A DNA stretch of 63,199 nucleotides, counting the filler, from Octopus bimaculoides (Eukaryota): assembly GCF_001194135.2 (NCBI RefSeq). It is 5 parts of 4 records of this genome, joined end to end, with 100 filler letters (N's around TTAATTAATTAA, not from the genome) between each part and the next. Parts side by side here need not be neighbours in the genome. Positions count along the whole stretch, not along the records: positions 28,005 to 53,256 come from NC_068983.1; 4 more parts are not named here. The stretch is one strand, 5' to 3'. Position 1 is the stretch's first letter. The number at the start of each line of letters is the position of its first letter. A program made the translations under genes and the position numbers. Shown here in pieces: positions 37,930 to 49,829 of the stretch. Below the pieces are notes generated by a model, which was not told the origin of the DNA, made no database searches, and worked only from the letters and a program-made list of their open reading frames with translations.

Positions 37930-38600
37930 ATGTGGTGAAATGGCAGAATTGTTAGAGTGTTGGATAGAATGTAACACGCTATTTGTTCTATCTGTGCTCT
38001 GAGTTCAAATCTCGTCATAGACAATGTTAATTTTTCAGACTCACAAAAGCAGTAAGCTGGTAAAATCGTTACTACGTCGGACAAAATGCTTTGTGGAATT
38101 TCTTACGGCTCTTTGCATTCAGAGCACAAATTCTGTCCAGGTCGACATTATCTTTCGGGGTCGATAGAATAAATACCAGTTGAACTCTGAGGTCGATGTA
38201 ATCGGCTGGTCCCTTCCTTCCAAAATATCAGGTCTTGTGCCTATAGCTGAATGAAACTTTTCAGGATCGATAAAAATGTACAAGATGCCTCGAGTTATCT
38301 ATTCTGGTTCCTTGTGTTTTGGTAGCAATGTTAGCAACGACACTGATGCCAAACTGTATCACTTAAAGTCGATGGTCTTCCCTTTTGATAAATATTCTTT
38401 TCTACTCTAGGCACAAGGCTCAAAATTTTGTGGGAGGGGGCCCAGCCACAATACGCAAACAGGTACTTAATTTACCGCTCCCGAAAGGATGAAGAGTAAA
38501 GTCAACCTCGGCGGAATTTGAACTCAGAACGTAAAGAAAGACAAAATACCACTAAGGATTTCGCCCGGGTGCTAACGTTTCTGCCAGCTCACCGTCTTCC
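37930..38600. mobile_element. Cluster of degenerate S2 SINEs (plus strand to about 38270, minus strand 38405-38600)
   Basis: S2 core motifs in both orientations. Confidence 0.65.
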
Positions 38601-38630
38601 TTTTGAAAAATATTACATGTACGAATGTAC

Positions 38631-39357
38631 GACCGAGATCACGTATATGCGACCGAGATCATGTATATGCGACCGAGATCACGTATATGCGACCGAAATC
38701 ACGTATATGCGACCGAGATCACGTATATGCGTCCGAGATCACGTATATGCGACCGAGATCACGTATATGCGACCGAGATCACGTATATGCGACCGAGATC
38801 ATNNNNNNNNNNNNNNNNNNNNNNNNNNNNNNNNNNNNNNNNNNNNNNNNNNNNNNNNNNNNNNNNNNNNNNNNNNNNNNNNNNNNNNNNNNNNNNNNNN
38901 NNNNNNNNNNNNNNNNNNNNNNNNNNNNNNNNNNNNNNNNNNNNNNNNNNNNNNNNNNNNNNNNNNNNNNNNNNNNNNNNNNNNNNNNNNNNNNNNNNNN
39001 NNNNNNNNNNNNNNNNNNNNNNNNNNNNNNNNNNNNNNNNNNNNNNNNNNNNNNNNNNNNNNNNNNNNNNNNNNNNNNNNNNNNNNNNNNNNNNNNNNNN
39101 NNNNNNNNNNNNNNNNNNNNNNNNNNNNNNNNNNNNNNNNNNNNNNNNNNNNNNNNNNNNNNNNNGACCGAGATCACGTATATGCGACCGAGATCACGTA
39201 TATGCGACCGAGATCACGTATATGCGACCGAGATCACGTATATGCGACCGAGATCACGTATATGCGTCCGAGATCACGTATATGCGACCGAGATCACGTA
39301 TATGCGACCGAGATCACGTATATGCGACCGAGATCATGTATATGTGACCGAGATCAC
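38631..39357. repeat. 20-bp minisatellite (GACCGAGATCACGTATATGC)n
   Basis: About 18 near-identical units are visible on the two sides of a 363-N gap. Confidence 0.95.
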
Positions 39358-40604
39358 AACTTACCCTGGGTAAAATTTTTATAAATTCCTTTAAATACCT
39401 TAAATTGTTTTAGCTTCAATGCTGTGGTCATTCTGGGGCACCACCATTAAAAAAAAATCCAGCTGAGTGGATTGATTTTAACAAGGAAATTTGTGAAAAC
39501 TCTTATATCGAAAGAAGGAGAGTTAATAATACTACTATTGAAATTGTAGGAATGAAGGAAAGGGGGATTGATAGGAAGCAAGAATAATGGACCATAGTGT
39601 AACAAAAATTGAAGTATCCGATGCAAGTTCAAGATACAAATCAAACGATCAATAATGAGCAATGGGTACCATTCAGTTCTATTGCAGCACCTCTTTGAGG
39701 TATGATAAAAGAAGTGCTACATAGCGATACAACTGGGCTCAAGATAGTGACGGGACGTTTGATTAATAGAGTTATGAGAAAAATGAAATAAAACGAAAAG
39801 GAAAATTAAGAAAGCAAATTGTGTGTGTAACTTAAGGATAGATGGGAAAATGCTTGACTATGCTGTAATAATGGATACAGGTGACGAAGTGAAATGGACC
39901 TTTGTACATGAAGTATATTAATGTGAAAACGTGATTGAGGCAAAGACATTTCGGGAAAAAATAGCGATAATTCAAGAGAACGCTGATGAGTAATACCGGA
40001 ATTAAAGGAAATGTACAGACGCAGGGATTCTAAAATTGTAACTTTAGAAAACCGTATATGCAGATATTGATACTCCAGGTAGTCGGAAATGAAAGAAATT
40101 GTGTAAAGGATTTGTAGTTAAAGCGCGAATGCACCTCGAAATGAAATTTAGAGAAAAAAAATTACAAATAAAGCATTGAAGATTATGAGTGAATAAACTG
40201 CAAAGTTTAGAGCGAAAGAACTAAAATTAAAACGAGAAATAATATAGAAATGAAAACGTAAAGGAGTGAAACCTTCAAAACAATTGACTAATCCATCGTC
40301 GAGTATTGAGAATGACACCTTAACAGTTAAAGATAACAAAAGTTTATTAAAAGGGTTAAAATTAAGAACTGACGGTCTGTAAACAATTCCTATTAGAGAA
40401 GTGCTTAGAGAAAATCTGCAAAGGCTGTGAAAAATACATTTATCAAACTTCCAGATAAAGGATGAATTCTAAACCGGTAGAGAAGGGGGATTAGAATGCG
40501 CACTGATGCAGTTCAGTTGACTAATATAGAAATTCTAATGCAATTTAAAAATGGTATAACAATTATAGAAATTGCAGGGGTGCAAAATAATATGACGTAA
40601 TATT

Positions 40605-41095
40605 GGCACAACGCCGGCAACTTTTGAGGGGAGGAGGAAGCCGATTAGATTGACCGAAGTACTCAACTGGTACTTATTTTATCGACACCGAAAGAATGCG
40701 AAGAGCTGGAAGAAATGTCATTTGGTATTCTGTGCGATGCTCTAACGATTCTGCTAACCCTAACCCTAACGTAATATATTGGATTCAAATTTGGACACAA
40801 AGTCAGCAAGTTGGAAGAGGAGAGGGTAAGTCGATAGCATCGACCTCATTGTTCAACTGGGATTTATTTTATTGACCTCGAAAGGATGAAAGGCAAAGTC
40901 AACTTCGGTGTGGCATTCGAACCCAGAGAGTAAAGACGTATGATATCCCGCTAAACACTTTAGCCCGGCACACCAATGATTCCACCAATTAGCCGCTCTC
41001 ATTTTCCAATTTTGGCACAAAGACAAGAATTTTAGCGGTCTTCAATTGAAGAATTTGAACTCAGAATGTAAAGAAGCACAAAATTCCGCTAAGCA
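40605..41095 (-). mobile_element. Three degenerate S2 SINE copies
   Basis: Reverse-complement S2 motifs (GAAAGGATGAAAGGCAAAGTCAAC, GAATTTGAACTCAGAA). Confidence 0.65.
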
Positions 41096-42026
41096 TATAT
41101 ATGTATATGTGTGTGTGTGTGTGTGTGTGCCTGTGTGTGTGTGTATGTGTGCGTTTGTGTGTTAAGGCTACCGTTGGTTTCGTGTTAAGACAATAGGATT
41201 TTCCTACTTTTCTTAACATGAAACCAATGGTAGCCTTAATCTATATCTACAATTCAAAAATAAAAGAAATTATACCCCCATATGCAGTGTTGAGCACTCA
41301 TTTTCATCGTTCAGCATTTACAGATATGTATGTATGAATGTATGTACGTATGTATTATGTATGCAGTTATGTGTGTGTTTCTTTGTGTCTATGTTTGTCC
41401 TTCCACCATCGCTTGACAACCGCTGTTGGTATTATCAAATATGATATGTGTGTGTGTGTGTTTGTGTGTGTGCAAATACGCAAAGCTTACAGCCTTTGCA
41501 AATATGCAAAGCCTACAGAAACGAAGTAAATTTACGTTTACTCTATTCTTTGCACATCGCATTATTTAATTTTCTCGCAAAACCACCATTGCCACGCTTG
41601 TTCTTACCACTCTTGTCCTTACTACCAAATTAACACAACAACATCACAGACATTAACACAGATACTACCGTAGGCATTACTGAGAACATTAACACCGCTA
41701 TCACAATCCCTACATACACCACCTGCATCATAGCCACCTCTGCCCTATTACCACCTCACTCACACACACCCGTCACAGTTTTCTCTGATATATTTTCACC
41801 TTACTTCCAACTAGCAACACACTACACAACTCTTGCACCACTATTGTTCTTAGCAGAAACGCCACCATCATCACTGTACAAGCCACTGCTACCACCGTTA
41901 TCACCTCTTATCGCTACTTTAACAAACGTTCTATTCTTTCCCAATTAAGTGCTGCACCATATTAGTCTTTGTTAAAAATATTCTTATACCTCTTTCTGAC
42001 AAAATTGTCTTACACAGGTCAGGTCT

Positions 42027-42084
<58 letters not shown>

Positions 42085-42527
42085 CCGTGGTTAAAACAGC
42101 AACACTGATATAATTAGGGAGTTTCTATAGGCTCAGATAGCAAGTAAATCTGCCTGTCTGTCTGACTGTCTGTCTGTCTGACTGTCTGTCTGTTTGTCTC
42201 TCTCTCTCTCCCTTCCTCACTCTCTCTCTCTCTCTCACGCACGCACTCTCTCTCTCTCTCACGCACGCACTCTCTCTCTCTCACGCACGCACTCTCTCTC
42301 TCTCACGCACGCACTCTCTTTCCTTCCCTAGTTAGACTACCATATTTCAAAATAGTAAAAGACATATTGGATAATGTAATCACAGATAAAGTATTTCTGA
42401 AAAAATGGGATTGGCACGGCTAGAATGCTTTTCATTATTAGGCTTGTTCAATGAGAGCTAATATGAGGCTGAGCACAACAACAACAACAACAACAAAAAC
42501 TACTACTGCTACTACTACTACTACTAT

Positions 42528-42581
<54 letters not shown>

Positions 42582-43010
42582 AGGTTTCTGTTTTCTTTTG
42601 ATCGCAATTCAGGTTTTCTTTGGAAGTATCGAAGTTCAAAGGAATTGTTAAATCCCTTGTTTTTTAGGTTTTGACCAAATTTTGACTTATATTTGTCGGC
42701 CCCTACAATATTGGCGTGATCTATGTGCTTAGTGTTCAAGTTCAGTAAGTCGACGTCCATAACAAGAAAAAAAGAATAAACAGGTATTTGCATACAACCT
42801 GAGTGCTAAGTCTGCTAGAAATAACTGTTAAATCTAATCTCATATTGTGGCCATTGTCCTCCACTGGGAATTAGTCCACTGCCAGACTCTCCACCGTTTT
42901 CTCCCCTAAGGCTTTCCCTCTTGTTCATCCAGGAGTGACCCACCTCCTTGGAATCCGCCTGCTTCGTTAAGTAGGGTTGTTTTAAAGTTTGAGTTGAACA
43001 GTATATTTGT

Positions 43011-43315
43011 CGTCGTACGCCATCGGTTACGGCGACGGGGGTTCCAGTTGATCCAATCAACGGAACAGCCTGCTCGTGAAATTAACGTGCAAGTGACTGA
43101 GCACACCACAGACACGTGTACCCTTAATGTAGTTATCAGGGAGATTCCGCGTGACACAGAGTGTGACAAGGCTGGCCCTTTGAAATACAGGTACAACAGA
43201 AACAAGAAGAATGAGTGAGAGAAAGTTGCGGTGAAAGAGTACAGCAGGGTTCGCCACCATCCCCTGCCGGAGCCTCGTGGAGCGTTTAGGTGTTTTCGCT
43301 CAATAAATACAACGC
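43011..43315 (-). mobile_element. 5'-truncated SINE-like element (family S4) with a 9-bp TSD
   Basis: TATATTTGT at 43002-43010 and 43316-43324. The 3' stem-loop is shared with 59860-59930. Confidence 0.65.
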
Positions 43316-44149
43316 TATATTTGTATATAGGATCGGAAGTATAAGGCTTTATCTGCTCTTGATTTACTCAAACGCTGACTTAGCTGTGTCAATACTTACA
43401 GTTGCATCTGAAGCTGTTTTACTATTTTTGTCAATGCTGTTGCTGCTATTTTTTCTAGAACTGTGCCGTGTTTATCTCCAGGATATTTGTCTTTCATTTG
43501 TGAATTTTCAAATCAACTACCCTCGCAGTCATTTTATTGCCAGTATTGCTGTCGTTTCTTACAAGTGACTCTAAAATAACAAAGCTAGAGTTCCAGAAAT
43601 ACCCAGCCCCTCCAGCTGTAGAATAGGAATAGGGATACCAGACCACCTTAAAATCTATAGACTCTTGTATCAAAATCTTTACCTGCTTGGGCTCCATGAA
43701 AACTTTGTAAGTCATATATTACCCAATGTAGTTCTTCTCCAAGAGTGTAGAGTATCATTTGAAGGAGATTTAGCTCCTATGTCTAACTGGCTATGCGACC
43801 AACTAAGTAGTGGTTAAACGTAATGAACCTAGGCAAATATCAAGCTTACATTTAGACACAGCGCCAGAAATTGAAACTCAAGGTCGATTGAAACCTAATA
43901 AATTCCTGGTAAAATATTTTATAGACTATACAATAATGGAAGTCAGTGTCTTCAACGAGAGAATTTGAATCTGCAATATATGGGGTCAAATGAAATTCCA
44001 AGAAGAATTTATCGACGAACTACTGTTTTTGTTACTCCTTTACCTTCGTCTAGGTCTCATATCAACACTATGGCGAAGAGCGCTTGATTGGCAGAATTTG
44101 TAGTGACAGGGAAAATACCATGCAGTATTTAGTTACGTATCTTTATGGG

Positions 44150-44300
44150 AAGGCGTGTGGCTTAGTGGATAGGGTATTGGGCTCACGATCTCGAGAACAT
44201 GTGTTCAATTTGTGGACCAGACACCGCGTTGTGTCATTCATAAAAAAAAAAGAATCATTTCATATTACTTTAGTCTACACAGCTGAAATTGACTTCTGGT
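44150..44300 (+). mobile_element. Degenerate S3-like SINE
   Basis: TGGCTTAGTGG A box, then GCGTTGTGTC...TTTCATATTAC...CACAGCTG resembling the copy at 60445. Confidence 0.45.
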
Positions 44301-44850
44301 ACAGTTCTCCAGCTATCACAAACGCGATATTCCACTGAATCGGATTGGAAGGCCAAGCAGGTATCTAAATCTACACACGACTAAATAGGCCCTTAAAGCA
44401 ATTAGCGAAAGAGTGGTACAAGCTATCACGCCATGCTTGCTCGCGAGTGACGGGTCAAGTTTTTCCTCATTACTGTATGAATTTAAATACACATTTTGCT
44501 GTTTATTGTTCTCAGATCGATAAAATAAGTACTAGTCATGTATTAAAGTTGATTTTAATCCATATAATCTTTACTCCAAATGAGGTTTTGAGTTTCTGTT
44601 GGAAATCAGTATTAATCCTTTGAGAAGGGTAAAATGTAAAATAATGAAATAGTAGAACGNNNNNNNNNNNNNNNNNNNNNNNNNNNNNNNNNNNNNNNNN
44701 NNNNNNNNNNNNNNNNNNNNNNNNNNNNNNNNNNNNNNNNNNNNNNNNNNNNNNNNNNNNNNNNNNNNNNNNNNNNNNNNNNNNNNNNNNNNNNNNNNNN
44801 NNNNNNNNNNNNNNNNNNNNNNNNNNNNNNNNNNNNNNNNNNNNNNNNNN

Positions 44851-45390
44851 AAAAAAATGTTTGTATTCGAATTTATTTCATGTAAAAAATTGTCTTATTT
44901 CGATAATTTCTACTAATCACTGACGTCTATTTAGTTGAAAACAGTTAGCGCTGTAACGGTGTATATCGTATTAATCCCCTAACCCTAACCCTAACCCTAA
45001 CCCAAACCCTAACCCTAAAACTAACCCTAACTCTAAAATCCGAACTCTAAAATTGTTACACACATAGATACGCACAGCGTAATTTATTATATACACAATA
45101 TATGCGTATAAATTACGATTAAACCGGATGAAATATGTCACAGGGAATAACATTTTTATGACCGCCCATCAGTAACTCTATTCAGCTGAATAGACGTCAG
45201 TGATTGGTTGAAATTACAGAAATACAACAACTTTAACATGGAATAACTTGCGAATTACTTTTTTTGTTAAGAAGACTAAGAGTAAAAGATGCTTTATATG
45301 ACACATTCTACCAGTGTCCCAAGTTTCAAAGTGTTTCGTTAGTGTTTCGTTAAGAAAATACTGGTGCCCTCGTTTTAAACTAGATCCCGT
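44851..45390. mobile_element. Long-TIR non-autonomous element with an internal (CCCTAA)n tract
   Basis: 44851-44947 is an inverted repeat of 45172-45270. About 10 CCCTAA-like units at 44977-45036. A second copy lies at 32615. Confidence 0.75.
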
Positions 45391-46624
45391 CCATGAAAAT
45401 GTCTTAGATTATTTAGCTATAGTCTTCTATGTATTCTGAGATGCATGTGAAGACTGGATCCAGCAGATTCTGTGGAAGAAACCGTCATGGTTCAACCAAG
45501 AAGGAGGCTTCAGTAACACATTGTGGAGGGCAGGGAGCAAGATGATGTAAGATATCGTGGTCATCTACTGCATCCAGTTCCAACCCCAATCGTCCTGATT
45601 TAGTCTTCCCACTGGATTGAAGGTAGTCACTGACGAGTGAGTGTGGCTCACAGTATGCAAATCTCCTTCACTCTAAACAAAGTCACCAGTCATCTTCAGG
45701 ATTATTAGATAGTCATCGCAGTTCTGACGGACGAACATGACCCTGAGATAAAATATCTCCGATGCCAGGTTTGCCTTTTGTTAATTCTCCTGTTCAAAAC
45801 CGATCACATACATACTAGTAAGATACTGAGATTTGACTTAATAGACTATATTAACAATAGGTATCATGCTAAAGTAAGACGTCTCGATGTACTTTATATC
45901 TTTAGATATATAACAGCAAAATATTTCCTTTCTTTTTTGAAACATGAACTCTAGGTCAAGTACAGACAGTTCATTGATGCAGGTTAACTGAAACACTGCA
46001 GGACTACGAAACTTTTCTTTAGATTCTTCACTTCTCATAGCAACTACTCTTGTCTAACTTTTCTATAAACTCTATTATTGACTAATTGTTGTTGACACAA
46101 ACCATCACCAGTTTTCCTCGAATTCTGTATTTCAACTTCATGAGGTTTTTGTTAACTTTCTTTCTTTTCTTTTCTTTCTTTCTTTCTTAACTCTCATTAT
46201 ATTTTCCTTCATTTTCTCCCTCACTTTCATCTTTCCATCTTTTCATTTATTTATGTGTTTATATACTTGTTACTTTTCGTTTCACTGTCGAGTCTTCTAT
46301 CCTTTCGTATATCCGTTCTTGATATTTTTTCTGCCTTGCCTTTCCTCCACCAATCTTCAGTTAATCCGTCCGTTTTCTACTCAGTTGAGTCAATTACTTC
46401 TGTCCCCGATACGAGAGAGAGAGAGAGAGAGAGAGTTCTTCAATAAATTACCAGTTACGTTGGCTTGTAGACAAAGAAAACCAGCAAGGGCGCCTCTTCG
46501 CCATTTGCCGACTTACTAAAAGGGAGCAGTCGTATCACATGTCTTAACCCGCTCCCTACTTTTGGATAGTATAATTATAGAGATATTAAATCTAGAAAAT
46601 ATGGAATAGCCAAGGCTTGATCAC

Positions 46625-46860
46625 CTTTGGGCCAAACGACAACAATAATAATCTTTTCTATTATAGGCATAACGCCTGAAATTTGGTTGGGATGGGGTGG
46701 CTAGTCGATTACATCGACCCCAATACTTGACTGGCATTAATTTTAACGTACCCGAAAAGATGAAAGGTAAAGTCAACCTCGGTGGAATTTTGAAGTCGGA
46801 ACGTAAAGCCGGGAGAAATACCGCTAAGCACACTAACGATTCTGCCAGCTCGCTGTCTTC
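46625..46860 (-). mobile_element. S2 SINE
   Basis: Reverse-complement S2 head and core. Confidence 0.75.
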
Positions 46861-47691
46861 AATATAATAATTATAATCTTGTTTAATGAGGCCTGAAGCT
46901 TTAGAAGATTTTGTTAGTTGGTCACTTTCGACGAATTAAGTTGGCTTCACTTTCTCTTCTGGTCCCACCCTTAGAAAGAATACAACTTAGCATTAAAAGT
47001 CAACAGCCACCGTTTGCCGTAATGAGCTACTTCTATGATCTATCCATTTACCCAGGTGGATGGTACCATCTGTGAACATATGAAGTAAGTATATTGGACA
47101 AAAATGTAACCCATTTAATGTATGCAACAGAAAATGAATCGCTCATATTTCCGTTCATTCACTATGTGTGCTATTCTGCAACATTACAGTACAATTTAAG
47201 CTTAAGAAGTTCGTTTTACAATCACGAAACCTCGAGTTCAATCCAACTGTGCGACATCTTTAGCAAAACTTGTGAATGAAACTGGGCAGACCGAAACTTT
47301 CTTGAAGCTCATTATGGATTTTATTTGTAATCTAAAAGAGCAGCCTTGTTATACTGCGTCACGTTAATTCCACTCGAGAATTATGATAAAAGTACAAATC
47401 GTTTAGTCCCAGAGACATTAAAGTGTGCCGTTGCTGACGGAAAATATTCGTCCACTTACTGATAGGAAATGTTCAGCTACTCACATATTAATTCATTGAA
47501 CAAATAGTTCAGTTAATCGAACGACTGATATTCACGCATCATCGAAACAGTGGATATCCACTACTAGAACATATTTATGGCAGTCTCTTCACATCTGAAG
47601 ATCATGAGGAAGAGCGACAGGCCCTCAAGTGGCAATGCACACCAATACGTAATGCTGCAAGGCTTTTCTTCCTGCCTGCGCTTAGCTTTAA

Positions 47692-47896
47692 ATCTTTAGC
47701 GTTCAAATTACTCTGACAAATGTAATGTCTATTTATTCAGTTTCAAATTAATCAGGCATTATCTTATAGCTTCAAGATTTAAATGATGTAATTGTTTATT
47801 TTTAGAATGACATTGTAGAGGCTGGATCTAGATGGTTTGGGCATAAAGCAGGGTAGAGTATTTGGGTCTGATATGGTCAGTTTAAACACTAGAGGG
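47692..47896. mobile_element. piggyBac-type MITE
   Basis: TTAA-[ATCTTTAGCGTTCAAA ... TTTAAACACTAGAGGG]-TTAA. Confidence 0.55.
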
Positions 47897-48010
47897 TTAA
47901 AATGAGAATTAGTTCACGCAATTTTATCCGACTCTTTAGATTTCGAAGTCTAACTACAGTTCCTCAGCGGGCTGAGCCGGCTGCAATAACCAGTAAGCTG
48001 TAACCAGTAA

Positions 48011-48247
48011 GTGGGCGACGAGCGGACAGAATCGTTAGCACGCCGGGCGAAATGCTTAGTGGTATTTCGTCTGCCGTTACGTTCTGAGTTCAAATTCCGC
48101 CGAGGTCGACTTTGCCTTTCATCCTTTCGGGGTTGATTAAATAAGTACCAGTTATGCACTGAGTTCGAAGTAATCGACTTAATCCCTTTGTCTGTCCTTG
48201 TTTGTCCCTTCTATGCTTAGCCCCTTATGGGCAATAAAGAAAGAACT
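48011..48247 (+). mobile_element. S2 SINE, long-tail subfamily, young
   Basis: Near-identical to 49220-49455 and 62670-62905. Confidence 0.9.
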
Positions 48248-49199
48248 AGTAAGCTGTAGGTTTTTCTTTGGAGTAGTTTTCTCCTTGGTGAATTGCTTTA
48301 CAGGGCTGGAGAGTTCTACCTACACTGTTCTTGCGAAAGGGTGTCAAAGGGGACACTGAACCGCCTGTGTGGTTCCACTCCTTGATTTACTATCAAGGCC
48401 AACTTCCTATGTTTTTTTCTTTTCCCAAAGCAATCAAAAAGACGATGTGGCTTTGTGCGTGGAGCTTCTTCCATAACATGCTAATTAACTCGTAGCTGTG
48501 ACTATGATAGGTGCTACTTCACCGGGTCAGAGTAGACTTGAGAACAATAGTGACTGAGAGGTGGTTCTACTCCTTAAAACCCTTGAATTCTTGAACCAGG
48601 GCCTCACTACCATATGCAGTCATAACCAAGACTGGGAAATATTATATTCACAAGTAAAAGATGTAAAAAAAAAATATGCAAGAAAACTCGGAACAAAAAA
48701 TGACACGATGCTTTTCAATAAAAATACGCTGTATAGTATTTGTTTCGCCGAGATAGAAATTCCTTTGTCACTCTCTCTCTCTCTATCAGAATTGCATTAA
48801 TTGACCAGTTTTAAACTTGTAACCAACGATGCTATTGTTCACCAAATGCGATATGAAATGAAAACGAGGCTTAAAGTGTTTATTTTATTCTTTTAAAAAA
48901 ATACATTACGAAAATAAAAACTGGTTTAATTTAGACAAAATGAAAACTAATTTCGCGAATAACAACGATAACAGTAAATAAAAATAAAAACAAGAACAAC
49001 AATAAATCCGGATATTTAATCCAAGTCCTATTTTTCTTTCAGCTACTTCTATACTGATTAGCAACCATGTTGCATTATTTAATAGAATGTCACACAATCG
49101 CATGATTAATTATCGATTCACATTGACTAGATAGTAAATCAACTTTTTTTTGCGACCTTTAGAGTCAATAGGATAGACCTCAATATATTACTGGTGCTT

Positions 49200-49655
49200 A
49201 AGGCGGCGAGCTGGCAGAAAAGGCGGCGAGCTAGCAGAAACGTTAGCACGCCGGGCGAAATGCTTAGCGGTATTTCGTCTGCCGTTAAGTTCTAAGTTCA
49301 AATTCCGCCGAGGTCGACTTTGCCTTTCATCCTTTCGGAGTCGATTAAATAAGTACCAGTTACGCACTGGGTCGATATAATCGACTTAATCCGTTTGTCT
49401 GTCCTTGTTTATCCCCTCTGTGTGTAGCCCCTTGTAGGCAGTAAAGAAATAAGAAACTTTAGCACGTCGGGCGAAATGCTTAGCGGTATTTCGTCTGTCT
49501 TTACGTTCTGAGTTCAAATTCCGTCGAGGTCGACTTTGCCTTTCATCTTTTCGGGATCGATAAATTAAGTACCAGTTGCGTACTGGGGTCATTTTAATTG
49601 ACTGACCCCCTCCCCAAAAATTTCGGGTTTTGTGCCTAGAATAGAAAAGATTATT
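49200..49655 (+). mobile_element. Nested S2 SINEs: a long-tail copy (49220-49455) inside a short-tail copy
   Basis: The head appears twice (49200-49219 and from 49220), and the body resumes at 49456. Confidence 0.8.
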
Positions 49656-49829
49656 TAATAAAATGTCACACAATCACATGATTAATTAGCGATTCATATT
49701 GACTAGATAGCATAACAACTTTTTTGGCAACCTTTAGAGTCAATAGGATAGACCTCAATATATTACTGGTGCTTAAGGCGGTGAGTTGGCAGAATTCTTA
49801 GTAGGCTGGACAAAATGCTTAGCGGCAAA

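Noticed and set aside
38631-39357. CRISPR-like array or repetitive protein (RPRSRICDRDHVYATEITYM)n
   Set aside because: The units are contiguous with no unique spacers, there are no cas genes, and the context is eukaryotic. The peptide is a by-product of a stop-free 20-bp unit.
42994-43218. 74-aa ORF (and the overlapping 99-aa minus-strand ORF) as a host gene
   Set aside because: It lies mostly within a TSD-flanked SINE-like repeat.
44977-45036. True telomere or chromosome-fusion scar
   Set aside because: Short, degenerate, and enclosed by the arms of a dispersed inverted-repeat element.
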